In this document: positions 20,065 to 31,105 of the stretch, one piece after another
Position numbering within the stretch: the first letter of the stretch is position 1
How the letters are laid out: each line of letters begins with the position of its first letter
Assembly: GCA_011042635.1 (NCBI GenBank)
Contig: DQWH01000070.1
Coordinates: 1 to 51,768 of the forward strand
Direction: 5' to 3'
Source of the DNA: Bacteroidota bacterium
Lineage (GTDB): Bacteria > Bacteroidota > Bacteroidia > Bacteroidales > VadinHA17
DNA length: 51,768 nt
The notes under the pieces: generated by a model
What the model was told of the DNA's origin: nothing
The model's database searches: none
What the model saw: only the letters and a program-made list of their open reading frames with translations
Translations under genes and position numbers: made by a program

Positions 20065-20769
20065 ATGAAAAAATGGATCGCCCTTATTCTAACAGCGTGC
20101 TGGATTCAGGCATGTGATGTACTTCAAAATATTGAAATTCCCGTTTCGAGTACTCCACTTACCACCTCAGAAATTGTCAGCGGGCTGAAGGAAGCTCTTT
20201 CGGTGGGGACCAACCATGCTATTGACAACCTGGGGCAGGAAAACGGGTTTTACGGAAATGCCCTGTTGAGGATCCCTTTCCCCGAAGAAGCCAAAGTAGT
20301 GGAAGAAAAGCTCAGGGGGATCGGAATGGATAAGCTGGTGGACGATTTTATCCTGACCATGAACCGGGGCGCAGAAAAAGCCGTGAAAAAGGCCGGCTCC
20401 ATTTTTCTGACTGCCATCCGGGAAATGACCTTTGAAGATGCCCGGCAGATTTTAAACGGGCCGGATGACGCAGCCACAGACTATTTCAGAAATAAAACCA
20501 CAGCCTCTCTCACTGCGGCTTTCAAACCGGACGTTAAGAATACCCTTGATCAGGTGGAAGTGACCCGATACTGGACCGACATCACTGCTGCCTATAACAA
20601 GATCCCCTTTTCCCGAAAGGTAGAGACCGATCTGTCGCAATATGTAACAGAAAAAATGGTACAGGCGCTTTTCATAAAACTGGCCGAAGAAGAGAAAAAG
20701 ATCCGCACCGATCCCCAGGCCCGGGTTACCGAACTATTGCGCCGCGTATTCGGCTCAAACGCCACCTGA
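20065..20769 (+). CDS. DUF4197 family lipoprotein
   Basis: IQAC lipobox, GLKEALSVG, MNRGAEKA, AATDYF, EEKKIRTDPQARVTELLRRVFG. Confidence 0.85.
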   Translation: MKKWIALILTACWIQACDVLQNIEIPVSSTPLTTSEIVSGLKEALSVGTNHAIDNLGQENGFYGNALLRIPFPEEAKVVEEKLRGIGMDKLVDDFILTMNRGAEKAVKKAGSIFLTAIREMTFEDARQILNGPDDAATDYFRNKTTASLTAAFKPDVKNTLDQVEVTRYWTDITAAYNKIPFSRKVETDLSQYVTEKMVQALFIKLAEEEKKIRTDPQARVTELLRRVFGSNAT

Positions 20770-20771
20770 AA

Positions 20772-22484
20772 GTGAACCGGAAAAACAACACATGCATTCT
20801 CCGGGTACAGGACCTCACGGTTTCGTTCGGGCCATCGCATAAGCCTGTGGTTTCCGGTTTGCATTTCGAGCTGCATCGGGGAGAAACACTGGGTATGGTG
20901 GGGGAATCAGGGTCGGGGAAAACCCTGACCGGGCTGGCCCTGCTCAGGTTGCTGCCTCCCGGCGCACGTATTGTCCGGGGCAGTATTATTCTTTACCCGG
21001 AAACTCCGGAAGAAAAAATCCTCACCCGTTTAAACGAAGAGGAAATGACGACGATCAGGGGCAGGCATATTTCCATGGTTTTCCAGGAACCCATGACTTC
21101 CCTGAACCCGTCTATGCGCTGCGGGCATCAGGTAGCCGAAGCCCTGGCAATCCATTCATCCCTCACTCCCCGTCAGATCAGGGAGGAAGTACTGCACTGG
21201 TTTGAAGAAATGCACCTGCCCGGGCCCAGAAGGATTTACCATGCCTATCCGCATGAATTGTCTGGAGGACAAAGGCAGCGGGTGATGATAGCCATGGCCC
21301 TCTGTACCCATCCCGCCGTGCTGATTGCCGATGAACCAACCACCGCCCTGGATGTAACCATTCAGCAGTCGATCATCCGTTTGCTGAAAAACCTGCAGGA
21401 AAAATACCGGCCCGGCATTCTGTTCATCACCCATGACCTGGGACTGATCAGTGAGATTGCCGGCCGCCTGGCCGTGATGCAGGAAGGGATTATGGTGGAA
21501 CAGGGACGCCTGACGGATGTGCTGAAAGAGCCGAAACATCCCTATACCAGGGGTCTGCTGCATTGCCGTCCCGTATTTACCCGGCAGCCTGTGAGGCTGC
21601 CTACAGTAAGGGAATTTCTGGAGAAGGGAAAGGTCGAACCGAAAGAGCGCCGGGAAGAAGACCGGATCAGAAAAAGGCAACAGATGTATTCTTCCCCGCC
21701 CCTGCTGGAAGTAAGGGACCTGGAGACATGGTTTACCCGAAGGGAAGGCTGGCAAAAAGAAACGGTGAGGGCAGTTGACCGGGTAAGCTTCGAAGTATAC
21801 AGGGGAGAAACATTAGGACTGGTAGGGGAATCAGGATGCGGAAAAACTACGCTGGGCAGGAGCCTTCTCAACCTGGTACGTGCACATTCAGGGAAAATCC
21901 TGTATTCCGACGTAAACACCCTGGATCTCAAGGGGAAGGCGCTGAAAGCTTTCAGACGAAAATTCCAGATTGTGTTCCAGGATCCGTATTCCTCACTGAA
22001 TCCGAGAATCACAGTCGGGGAAACTATTATGGAACCCATGCGGGTGCACGGTCTTTCGGGAAACAGGATAAGCAGGCGCAGGGCCATGTACCGTCTGCTG
22101 GAAAAAGTAAGGCTCGAGCCCTCCCACGCCGGCCGGTTCCCTCATGAATTCTCGGGAGGCCAGAGGCAGCGCATCTGTATCGCCAGAGCCCTGGCTCTGG
22201 AGCCGGAATTCATCATTTGCGACGAGTCGGTTTCTTCACTTGATGTGTCTGTACAGGCCGAAATCCTGAACCTGTTGAACCAGCTGAAAGAAGAATTCAG
22301 CCTGACATATATTTTCATTTCCCACGATCTTTCCGTGGTCAAGTACATGTCTGACAGGGTTCTGGTCATGAAAAACGGAAAGCTGGTAGAATCGGGCGAA
22401 GCAGAAGAATTGTTCAGAAATCCAAAAGAAAATTACACGCGAGAACTGACCCGGTCGGTACCCGGCCAGTCTATACCCGTTTAG
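20772..22484 (+). CDS. Duplicated-domain ABC ATPase, peptide/nickel (Dpp/Opp DF fused) type
   Basis: Two Walker A motifs ([16 protein letters not shown]), two LSGGQ/FSGGQ signatures, [18 protein letters not shown]. Confidence 0.92.
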   Translation: MNRKNNTCILRVQDLTVSFGPSHKPVVSGLHFELHRGETLGMVGESGSGKTLTGLALLRLLPPGARIVRGSIILYPETPEEKILTRLNEEEMTTIRGRHISMVFQEPMTSLNPSMRCGHQVAEALAIHSSLTPRQIREEVLHWFEEMHLPGPRRIYHAYPHELSGGQRQRVMIAMALCTHPAVLIADEPTTALDVTIQQSIIRLLKNLQEKYRPGILFITHDLGLISEIAGRLAVMQEGIMVEQGRLTDVLKEPKHPYTRGLLHCRPVFTRQPVRLPTVREFLEKGKVEPKERREEDRIRKRQQMYSSPPLLEVRDLETWFTRREGWQKETVRAVDRVSFEVYRGETLGLVGESGCGKTTLGRSLLNLVRAHSGKILYSDVNTLDLKGKALKAFRRKFQIVFQDPYSSLNPRITVGETIMEPMRVHGLSGNRISRRRAMYRLLEKVRLEPSHAGRFPHEFSGGQRQRICIARALALEPEFIICDESVSSLDVSVQAEILNLLNQLKEEFSLTYIFISHDLSVVKYMSDRVLVMKNGKLVESGEAEELFRNPKENYTRELTRSVPGQSIPV

Positions 22485-22493
22485 TCTTCCCGG

Positions 22494-24851
22494 TCAGAAT
22501 ATCACTTCATCGAGCCTTCGTGCAGGATCATTATGCAGGCTTTCGTACTTCTCGCAGTCAAGTATATCGGGATTGAAATGCGGAGGTTGTTCAAAGGTCA
22601 TTCCCGGATACACATGAAGGGTGGAATCGGCATACACCTTTTGCATAAACAGGCCGAAGACGGGAAGAGCCATATTGGCGCCGCTACCCAGGCCCAGCGA
22701 GTTGAAATGGATACTGCGGTCTTCCCATCCGGTCCATACCCCGGCGGTAAGTTGCGGGGTAATACCCATGAACCATCCGTCGGACTGGTTCTGGGTAGTA
22801 CCAGTTTTCCCACCGATCTGGTTCATTAGCTCATACTTATACCGAAGTCTGATGCCGGTTCCTTCTTTTACCACCGCTTCCAGCAAATTCACCATGAGGT
22901 AGGCAATTTCTTCGTTGATCGCCTCTTCCACACGGGGCTTGAATGTTTGTATCACATCCCCGTTCTTGTCTTCAATGCGTGTAACGAAAAGAGGCTGCAC
23001 ATGCACCCCTTTGTTGGCAAACGTATTGAAAGCCCCCACCAGTTCGTAGAGTGACATAATGGATGTTCCCAGGAAAATAGAATTGACAGGATCGATGTAG
23101 CTCCTGATCCCCATTTTCCGCATAACATCAATAACCGATTCAGGATTAAACTGTTTCATGAGCCAGGCCGAAATATAGTTCTCGGAATTGGCCAGGCCCC
23201 AGCGCAGTGTAACCATTTTCCCCCAGTTTTCCGGGTTGCCCGAACTTCTGGGCGTCCATGTGGAATCATTGTCCTGGAAAGTTTGCGGAACATTAGGAAC
23301 CTTATGGCAGGGTGAATACCCGTCCTGCATGGCCAGGGTATACAGAAACGGTTTAATGGTACTGCCTGCCTGCCTTTTCTGCAGGGTTACCGCATCAAAT
23401 TTGAAATATCTGATATCGGGCCCCCCGACATAAGCTTTTACATGACCGGTACCCGGTTCCATGGCCATCAGTCCCGACCGCAGAAAATACTTATAGTACC
23501 AGATGGAATCGAGCGGGCTCATTACCGTGTCAATATCCCCTTCCCACGAAAAAACCGTCATGGGAACAGGGGTATTAAAGTTGGCGACAATGGAATCTTC
23601 CGAAACGCCGGCATGTTGCAGACTTCTGTACCGGTCGGTGCGGCGCATGGTAAGCCTGATCAATTCTTCCACCTCATTCCGGTTCAGGTCATCGGAAAAG
23701 GGTGGATTGCGGTAGCCTTCGGCCACCTCATTGAAAACGACCTGCAGGTCTTTCCCGAGGTGTTCCCTGACGGCCTCTTCGGCATATTTTTGAATTCGCG
23801 AGTCAATGGTAGTATATATTTTGAGTCCGTCACGGTAAAGATTGTAGTTTGTGCCGTCTGGTTTCTGGTTTTTTCTGCACCATCCGTAAAGGGGATTGTT
23901 GTTCCATTCCCACAGGGCATCCTCATACTGTGCTTCACTGAAGAAATTTTCCCGTTCAGGTTTATATTTGATCATGGTGGTACGGATGTATTCCCTGAAA
24001 TAGGTAGCCAACCCCTCATTATGACCTTCCACATTGAAATCGAGCTCAATGGGCATAAATTTAAGGGAATCATATTTTTCCCGTGAGAGGTATCCGTACT
24101 TCACCATCTGTCTTAAGACCACATTCCGGCGTTTCATCGTTTCCTCGGGTCGTCTTACCGGATTGTAATAAGAAGGATTCTGGGCCATTCCCACAAGCAT
24201 GGCCGCCTGTTCCAGCTTCAGTGAATCGGGAGTGGTATTGAAATAGATCCGGGCAGCCGAATTGATCCCCACCGCCTGGTAAAGAAAATCGAACACGTTG
24301 AGATACATGGTAATGATCTCTTCCTTGGTATAGCTCCGCTCCAGCTTAACGGCGGTGGTCCACTCTTTGAACTTGGCAATTCCCAGATTGATGGTTCTTT
24401 TCAATGATGACTGGTAACTTGCTGTATCCCTTGGAAACAGGTTTTTTGCCAGCTGCTGGGTAATGGTACTTCCCCCGCCTGATTCACGCTGTCCCAGCAA
24501 CACCGTTTTGAACACCACCCGGCCCAGTCCGCGGATATCGATTCCGGAATGTTTGTAAAAACGAATATCTTCGGTAGCAACCAGGGCATTGATCAGCTGG
24601 GGGGAGATATCTTCATAATCTGTCCAGGTACGATTCTGAATATAAAATTTCCCGAGCAGGACCCCATCGGCCGAGTATACTTCGGCAGCCAGATTGCTTT
24701 CAGGATTTTCCAGCTCTTCAAAGCTGGGCATCGGACCGAACACTTCAGATGAGATCAGGATAAACAGAAGGGCCAGGATCAGAAACGGAGCGGCAAAAAC
24801 TGACCAGCAAATGATCAGGTATTTTCGGATTTTGCGTTTGTCATTATTCAT
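22494..24851 (-). CDS. Class A penicillin-binding protein 1A (transglycosylase + transpeptidase)
   Basis: N-terminal TM, EDIRFYKHSG, GGSTITQQLAKN, STIK (SxxK), SEN (SxN), KTGT; TAATTTTG promoter at 24871-24878 (minus). Confidence 0.93.
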   Translation of the reverse strand: MNNDKRKIRKYLIICWSVFAAPFLILALLFILISSEVFGPMPSFEELENPESNLAAEVYSADGVLLGKFYIQNRTWTDYEDISPQLINALVATEDIRFYKHSGIDIRGLGRVVFKTVLLGQRESGGGSTITQQLAKNLFPRDTASYQSSLKRTINLGIAKFKEWTTAVKLERSYTKEEIITMYLNVFDFLYQAVGINSAARIYFNTTPDSLKLEQAAMLVGMAQNPSYYNPVRRPEETMKRRNVVLRQMVKYGYLSREKYDSLKFMPIELDFNVEGHNEGLATYFREYIRTTMIKYKPERENFFSEAQYEDALWEWNNNPLYGWCRKNQKPDGTNYNLYRDGLKIYTTIDSRIQKYAEEAVREHLGKDLQVVFNEVAEGYRNPPFSDDLNRNEVEELIRLTMRRTDRYRSLQHAGVSEDSIVANFNTPVPMTVFSWEGDIDTVMSPLDSIWYYKYFLRSGLMAMEPGTGHVKAYVGGPDIRYFKFDAVTLQKRQAGSTIKPFLYTLAMQDGYSPCHKVPNVPQTFQDNDSTWTPRSSGNPENWGKMVTLRWGLANSENYISAWLMKQFNPESVIDVMRKMGIRSYIDPVNSIFLGTSIMSLYELVGAFNTFANKGVHVQPLFVTRIEDKNGDVIQTFKPRVEEAINEEIAYLMVNLLEAVVKEGTGIRLRYKYELMNQIGGKTGTTQNQSDGWFMGITPQLTAGVWTGWEDRSIHFNSLGLGSGANMALPVFGLFMQKVYADSTLHVYPGMTFEQPPHFNPDILDCEKYESLHNDPARRLDEVIF

Positions 24852-24973
24852 GAAGCCTCCGTTATTGGAGCAAAATTAATAAATATAACGATTATGTTAT
24901 GTAAAAATTTTGAACTTCGAAGCCGAAATGATTTACTTTGTGTGGATTTTTCACATCACCAAAGTTGTAGGGA

Positions 24974-27283
24974 ATGGAAGAGAACCTGGTCATTGTTGAG
25001 TCGCCGGCCAAGGCGAAAACCATAGAACGTTTTCTGGGGAAAGAATATCTGGTCAAATCGAGTTACGGACATATACGTGATCTGGTAAAAAAGAATCTGG
25101 GCATAGACATTGAGAACGGATACCGGCCGCATTACATTGTATCTCCCGATAAAAAGAAAGTGGTTTCGGAACTGAAAAAGCTGGCCGGTTCGGCAAAAAC
25201 CGTATGGCTGGCCTCGGATGAAGACCGGGAGGGAGAAGCCATTGCCTGGCATCTGGCTGAAGTACTGGCTCTGGCTCCTGAAAAGACACGACGGATCGTT
25301 TTTCATGAGATTACGAAAGAAGCCATTCAGGAAGCCATAAAAAAGCCCAGGGGAATTAACCGCGATCTGGTGAATGCCCAGCAGGCAAGAAGGATTCTGG
25401 ACCGGCTGGTAGGTTTCGAACTTTCGCCCATTCTCTGGAAAAAAATACAACCTTCTCTTTCTGCCGGGCGTGTTCAGTCGGTTGCCGTCAGACTTCTGGT
25501 GGAGCGGGAAAGGGAGATTATGCAGTTCAAGCCCACTTCTTCCTTCCGGGTTACAGCGCAATTTACCTTTACCGATTCCAAAGGCAAGGAATATGTTCTC
25601 AACGCGGAATGCCCCACCCGGTTCTCTACCCTCGAGAAGGTAAGGAATTTCCTGGAGAGCTGCCGTAAAGCCAGGTATACAGTAACCGACGTTTCGAGCA
25701 AACCGGCGAAGAAATCACCTGCACCTCCCTTCACCACTTCCACCCTGCAACAGGAGGCCGGAAGAAAACTGGGATTTTCCGTTTCCCGGACCATGTCGGT
25801 GGCCCAGCGTCTGTACGAGGCGGGAAAGATCACCTATATGAGAACCGATTCCGTCAGTCTTTCCCAGATGGCACTGGGAGTGGCAAAAAAAGTCATTACC
25901 GGTGAATTCGGTGAAAAGTATGTAAAAACGCGGCAGTACAAAACCAGATCAAAAGGCGCCCAGGAAGCACACGAGGCCATTCGCCCCACCTATCTTGACC
26001 AGAAGACTATCCAGGGCACCCAGACGGAAAAGAAATTGTACGAACTGATCTGGAAGCGGACGATTGCCTCCCAGATGAGTGATGCCGAACTGGAAAAAAC
26101 CACCGTACAGATCGGTATATCCGGATCATCTGAAAAATTCACCGCTACCGGTGAGATCATGAAATTCGACGGATTCCTGAAAGTATACCGGGAAAGCTCC
26201 CATGATGAGGAGGAAGCCCAGCATCTGCTGCCTCCGGTAAATAAAAGCCAGGTTCTCGAACCCCGGCAAATCGTCGCCACAGAAAAATTCACCCAGCATC
26301 CACCCAGGTATACCGAAGCCAGCCTGGTAAAGAAACTGGAAGAACTGGGAATAGGTCGCCCTTCCACCTATGCACCCACCATTTCCACGATCCAGCAACG
26401 CGGGTATGTGGTAAAGGAAGACCGTCCCGGCACCTCCCGCGAATACCGGGTTTTGACACTCAAAGACCAGCAGGTGCAATCGGATACCCGCACTGAAATG
26501 GCCGGAAGTGAAAAAAGCAAACTTTTCCCGGCCGATATCGGAATGCTGGTTACCGATTTTCTGGTGGAACATTTTGCCGATATTCTCAATTATAATTTTA
26601 CAGCTACTGTTGAAGAACAGTTTGATGAGATTGCGCGTGGCAAACTGGACTGGCAGCAAATGATCGACAGGTTCTATGATCATTTTCACAGGAAAGTAAC
26701 CGAAACCCTGGAGCAATCGGAAAAAAAGACCGGTGAGCGTTTTCTGGGCCATGACCCGGTTACCGGCCAGCCCGTAACGGTAAAAATAGGTCCATACGGA
26801 CCAATGGCACAGATGGGTGAAAGTGGTGGGGAAAACAAGCCCCGTTTTGCCAGTCTGATGAAAAATCAGCGCATTGAGACCATCACCCTGGAAGAGGCGC
26901 TCCGTTTATTCAAATTACCACGAAAAGTCGGGACATATGAGGGAAAGGAAGTTACAGCAGGAATAGGAAGGTATGGCCCTTACCTGAAATACGACGGCAA
27001 GTTTTACTCCCTGAACCGCAAAACGGACGATCCCCTTTCGGTGGATATGGAAAGGGCTATAGAGGTGATCCGGGAAAAAACAGAAAAAGACAAAAAGAAA
27101 ATCATCACAGAATTCGATGAAGATCCGAACCTGAAAATCCTGAACGGGCGTTGGGGGCCATATATCAAATACGGGAAAGATAATTTCCGGATACCCAGGG
27201 GCAGGGTCCCGGAAGAGCTTACCTTTCAGGATTGCATGGAAATTATCCAGAAAGGGAAATCCACCGGAAAGAAAAAATCCTGA
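24974..27283 (+). CDS. topA: DNA topoisomerase I
   Basis: LVIVESPAKAKTI, ASDEDREGEAIAWH, SAGRVQS, ITYMRTDS (catalytic Tyr), GIGRPSTYA, C-terminal Topo_C repeats (GRYGPY, GRWGPY). Confidence 0.98.
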   Translation: MEENLVIVESPAKAKTIERFLGKEYLVKSSYGHIRDLVKKNLGIDIENGYRPHYIVSPDKKKVVSELKKLAGSAKTVWLASDEDREGEAIAWHLAEVLALAPEKTRRIVFHEITKEAIQEAIKKPRGINRDLVNAQQARRILDRLVGFELSPILWKKIQPSLSAGRVQSVAVRLLVEREREIMQFKPTSSFRVTAQFTFTDSKGKEYVLNAECPTRFSTLEKVRNFLESCRKARYTVTDVSSKPAKKSPAPPFTTSTLQQEAGRKLGFSVSRTMSVAQRLYEAGKITYMRTDSVSLSQMALGVAKKVITGEFGEKYVKTRQYKTRSKGAQEAHEAIRPTYLDQKTIQGTQTEKKLYELIWKRTIASQMSDAELEKTTVQIGISGSSEKFTATGEIMKFDGFLKVYRESSHDEEEAQHLLPPVNKSQVLEPRQIVATEKFTQHPPRYTEASLVKKLEELGIGRPSTYAPTISTIQQRGYVVKEDRPGTSREYRVLTLKDQQVQSDTRTEMAGSEKSKLFPADIGMLVTDFLVEHFADILNYNFTATVEEQFDEIARGKLDWQQMIDRFYDHFHRKVTETLEQSEKKTGERFLGHDPVTGQPVTVKIGPYGPMAQMGESGGENKPRFASLMKNQRIETITLEEALRLFKLPRKVGTYEGKEVTAGIGRYGPYLKYDGKFYSLNRKTDDPLSVDMERAIEVIREKTEKDKKKIITEFDEDPNLKILNGRWGPYIKYGKDNFRIPRGRVPEELTFQDCMEIIQKGKSTGKKKS

Positions 27284-27303
27284 TACTGGCATCATTCTGA
27301 CAT

Positions 27304-28467
27304 ATGAACCTGAACGATTATTTCGACCCGGTAAGTCTGGATCCTCCGGAGACACAGTTCCTGCCGATGGAGCACACCCTTGCCGGACAAATCCGTAAGC
27401 ACACCCCCGATCAGCCGATTCCCGAAGTGAAAGAGTATGTTCTGGCTTTAATGGGAATTCCGGAAGACAGGAATTCGGAGAACGCCGGTTCCGCCGAAGG
27501 CCCCGACCACATAAGAAAATGCCTTTATCAGCTTTCGGGCACAGGGCAGAATATTCCGGTTATTGACCTGGGAAATTTCAAGCCCGGAAAAAACCCGGTA
27601 GATACTTACTATGCTGTAAGAGAAGTGAATGCATACCTCATTGAAATGGGAATCTGCCCCATTCTGCTGGGTGGGACCCAGGATATTACCCGTGGCATGT
27701 ACATGGCTTACAGGAGCCTGAATCTCAAACCCAACCTGGTAACCATTGACAGCAGGCTGGACATCCCGTCAGAACCTGAAAGTGCAACTCCCGGAGACTA
27801 CCTGGAAGAAGTACTGTTTGGAGAAAAAACAGGTCTGTTTCACTATACCAACCTGGGACACCAGGTATACCACCTCAGCCGCAAGCAACTTGACAGGCTC
27901 CGGTCAAATACCTATGAAAGCATCGGAATAGGACAGATACGGGCCAATCTGAAGGAAACCGAACCCATCTTCCGCGACGCTGATATTATCAGTCTGGATA
28001 TCAGCTCAGTAAAACAATCTGATGCTCCCGGTTATTTCTCTCCGTCGCCCAACGGATTCTACAGTGAAGAAATCTGTCAACTGGCCAAGTATGCCGGGGC
28101 AGGGAATCGGCCACGCTGTTTCGGTGTGTTTGAAACAAACCCGAAATTTGATATCAACGACCAGACAGCACGGCTGGCTGCGGAGATTATCTGGTATTAC
28201 ATGGATGGCTTTTCCGGATGGAAGGAAGAGTATCCCCGGTCTTCCTCAGAAGAATTTACCAAATACATGGTCAATCTTTCAGAACCCGATCATACCCTGG
28301 TATTTTACAAAAGTGTGTATTCCGGAAGATGGTGGTGTGAGGTGCCCGTCATTTCAGGCGACGATACTCATGTTCATATAATAGCCTGTTCCTACGAAGA
28401 TTATCTCAAAGCCAGCAACCAGGAAGTCCCGGAACGGTGGCTCAGGTTCTATCAGAAACTGAACTGA
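27304..28467 (+). CDS. Arginase/formimidoylglutamase-fold protein with degenerate metal motifs
   Basis: Ureohydrolase layout (DLGN, GGTQD, IDSRLD, SLDISSV, SPNGFYSEEICQLAKYAG) plus FYKS...RWW extension; usual position between topA and porP/gldK. Confidence 0.8.
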   Translation: MNLNDYFDPVSLDPPETQFLPMEHTLAGQIRKHTPDQPIPEVKEYVLALMGIPEDRNSENAGSAEGPDHIRKCLYQLSGTGQNIPVIDLGNFKPGKNPVDTYYAVREVNAYLIEMGICPILLGGTQDITRGMYMAYRSLNLKPNLVTIDSRLDIPSEPESATPGDYLEEVLFGEKTGLFHYTNLGHQVYHLSRKQLDRLRSNTYESIGIGQIRANLKETEPIFRDADIISLDISSVKQSDAPGYFSPSPNGFYSEEICQLAKYAGAGNRPRCFGVFETNPKFDINDQTARLAAEIIWYYMDGFSGWKEEYPRSSSEEFTKYMVNLSEPDHTLVFYKSVYSGRWWCEVPVISGDDTHVHIIACSYEDYLKASNQEVPERWLRFYQKLN

Positions 28468-28727
28468 ACAACTGACTCGGAGCAATTCATCCGGAAATTG
28501 AGCCCATTCATTCCGTTTCTATGGCTTTTCATCAACTTTGTGGTCATTCATCTGGATTTTTATTGCCATTCAGGTAACATAATCAGGAGAAAAACGGTAT
28601 AAAATGTATCTCTGTCAGATCACGCTTATTAACACAATGTTGACAATATTTGTTGGAGAATAATATTTTTACTTATTTTACTCTCTACGAAAGTGCAGGG
28701 TAAATAAGCTTTAGCCGGGAGGTTGGA

Positions 28728-29678
28728 ATGAAAAAGGGAATATTGATTCTGACGGTGATGGTCATGGAAACCATGATTTCCATGGCGCAACAGGATCCGT
28801 ATTTTAGTCAATATATGTTCAGTTACCAGTCATTCAATCCCGGGTACTCCGGAAGTCAGGAGATGATCTGCCTTTCAGCACTGAACCGTCAACAGTGGGT
28901 AGGATTCAGTAACAGGCCGGAGGTTACTGTGATGAATGTCCATACCCCTTTCCGTTTATTCGGTACCAGCCACGGGGCCGGCCTGAGCATTTTGCGGGAT
29001 GTCATCGGTTTCGATAAAAATCTTGGTATTCAGGGAGCTTATGCTTACAAACTGGATATCGGGCCAGGAAGATTAAGCATGGGTCTGAGCCTGGGTATAC
29101 AGAACCGCATACTGGATCCCGAATGGAATATTCCTATGGGAGAAGGATTTTCCACACCGGAAGAAGACGAGCTTATTCCCACAGGCAAGGAAAGTCAGGT
29201 TATTTTTGATATAGGGGTTGGAATCTGGTACCAGCACGACCGTCTTTTTGCCGGAATATCCAGCACACACCTGAATGAACCTTCCATCAGGTATACCACC
29301 ACCAGCGGAGAATCGTATCTTGCCCGGCATTATTATCTTACAGCGGGTTACAGTTTCCTTCTGCCCAATCCTCTTTTTGAAATCACTCCCTCGGCACTGG
29401 TTCAAACAGACGGAAAAATTACCCATACTCATTTGAATGTAATGCTTCTGTACAATAAAAAACTCTGGGGAGGCGTTTCATTCAGACCGGGAGAAGCTGT
29501 TGTAGCCATGATAGGTATGGAATTATTCAACGGAATCAGGGTGGGATATTCGTATGACTATGCCACCACCTCGCTGCAGAATTACAGCGGGGGAAGTCAT
29601 GAACTGATGCTCTCGTATTGTTTCAGTATCAGGGTTGAGCGAACGCCCGAGCGTTATAAAAGTGTGAGATTTTTGTAA
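28728..29678 (+). CDS. porP: Type IX secretion system PorP/SprF family outer-membrane protein
   Basis: AQQDPYFSQY, NPGYSG, NRQQWVG, GYSYD, GSHELMLSY; directly upstream of porK. Confidence 0.88.
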   Translation: MKKGILILTVMVMETMISMAQQDPYFSQYMFSYQSFNPGYSGSQEMICLSALNRQQWVGFSNRPEVTVMNVHTPFRLFGTSHGAGLSILRDVIGFDKNLGIQGAYAYKLDIGPGRLSMGLSLGIQNRILDPEWNIPMGEGFSTPEEDELIPTGKESQVIFDIGVGIWYQHDRLFAGISSTHLNEPSIRYTTTSGESYLARHYYLTAGYSFLLPNPLFEITPSALVQTDGKITHTHLNVMLLYNKKLWGGVSFRPGEAVVAMIGMELFNGIRVGYSYDYATTSLQNYSGGSHELMLSYCFSIRVERTPERYKSVRFL

Positions 29679-29725
29679 ATTTTTTAAAAAATTATTGTTA
29701 TTTAGCATATAAATAAGATTACGCC

Positions 29726-31060
29726 ATGAAAATATTGCTTTTTTTTAGTACGATTTTGGCGGTACTTCTCAGTAGTTGCGGGAGTTATAAATCCAACGGG
29801 GAATTGGTGGGTGTTTCAGGCCGAAAGAAATGGTTCGAGCCCGATCCATACGGGATGGTGTTTGTTCCTCAGGGGGCTTTCAATATGGGCCCTGCTGATC
29901 AGGACATTGCCAATGCCATGAATACCATGACACGTACGGTAACGGTTGATGCCTTCTGGATGGATGAAACGGAGATTACCAACAACGAATACCGTCAGTT
30001 CGTATTTTATGTGCGTGACAGCATTCTTCGCACCAAGCTTGCAGAAGCCGGATTGGAAGGTTTTTACAAGGTAGATGAAAACGGAGATGAATACGATCCT
30101 CCCGTCATTGACTGGGAAACCAAAATCGATCCCCGGGAAGAAGAAGTGCGGGATATCATGGAAGAAATGTATTACCCTGAAAACGAGCGTTTTTTCCGCC
30201 GTAAGGAAATCGATACCCGCAAACTGATCTATGAATATTTCTGGATTGATCTGCAGCAGGCTGCCAAGCGTTCAAACCGCTATAATTTCGAAACCGGCCA
30301 GTATGAGGGAGAAGTTTATAACCAGCAGGGAGAGGTGGTCCCCATCCAGGACCGTTCGGCATTCGTGATCCGTGACCAGGTACCGGTTTATCCTGACACC
30401 CTTTGCTGGATTGCCGACTTTACCTATTCCTACAATGAACCCTGGACCAACATGTATTTCTGGCACCCTTCATACGATGATTATCCCGTGGTAGGGGTAA
30501 CCTGGAAACAGGCCAATGCATTCAGTATCTGGAGAACCAAATTCCTGAATGATTATCTTGCCTCTGTAGGGAATTCCTATGTACAGGAATACCGGTTACC
30601 TACGGAAACCGAATGGGAATATGCCGCTCGCGGCGGGCTGGATCTTTCAATGTATCCCTGGGGAGGAATTTACACCCGTAACGACGAAGGGTGCTTTCTG
30701 GCCAACTTCAAACCCATGCGCGGCAATTACATTGATGACGGCGCCATGATCACTACCAAGGTGGGATCATACAGCCCCAATGAATTCGGACTGTACGACA
30801 TGGCAGGTAATGTGGCCGAATGGACCTCGAGTGCCTATGACGAATCGGCCTATATCATTACCCACGATATGAACCCTACCTATAAATACAATGCGCTTCC
30901 CGACGATCCTGTGGTGATGAAAAGAAAAGTAATCAGGGGGGGATCCTGGAAAGACATTGGATATTTCCTTCAGGTAAGCACCCGTACCTATGAATATCAG
31001 GACTCGGCCAAATCCTTTATCGGATTCCGGAATGTCAGGACGTATATGGGATATGAATAA
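29726..31060 (+). CDS. gldK: T9SS/gliding lipoprotein GldK/PorK (FGE-sulfatase fold)
   Basis: LSSC lipobox, GELVGV, PYGMVFVP, TEITNNEYRQF, VYPDTLCW, YPVVGVTW, RLPTETEWEYAARGG, GLYDMAGNVAEW. Confidence 0.93.
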   Translation: MKILLFFSTILAVLLSSCGSYKSNGELVGVSGRKKWFEPDPYGMVFVPQGAFNMGPADQDIANAMNTMTRTVTVDAFWMDETEITNNEYRQFVFYVRDSILRTKLAEAGLEGFYKVDENGDEYDPPVIDWETKIDPREEEVRDIMEEMYYPENERFFRRKEIDTRKLIYEYFWIDLQQAAKRSNRYNFETGQYEGEVYNQQGEVVPIQDRSAFVIRDQVPVYPDTLCWIADFTYSYNEPWTNMYFWHPSYDDYPVVGVTWKQANAFSIWRTKFLNDYLASVGNSYVQEYRLPTETEWEYAARGGLDLSMYPWGGIYTRNDEGCFLANFKPMRGNYIDDGAMITTKVGSYSPNEFGLYDMAGNVAEWTSSAYDESAYIITHDMNPTYKYNALPDDPVVMKRKVIRGGSWKDIGYFLQVSTRTYEYQDSAKSFIGFRNVRTYMGYE

Positions 31061-31105
31061 TCCGACATAATTGATGAAACATCTCTAACTAAAGCAATAT
31101 CCACT

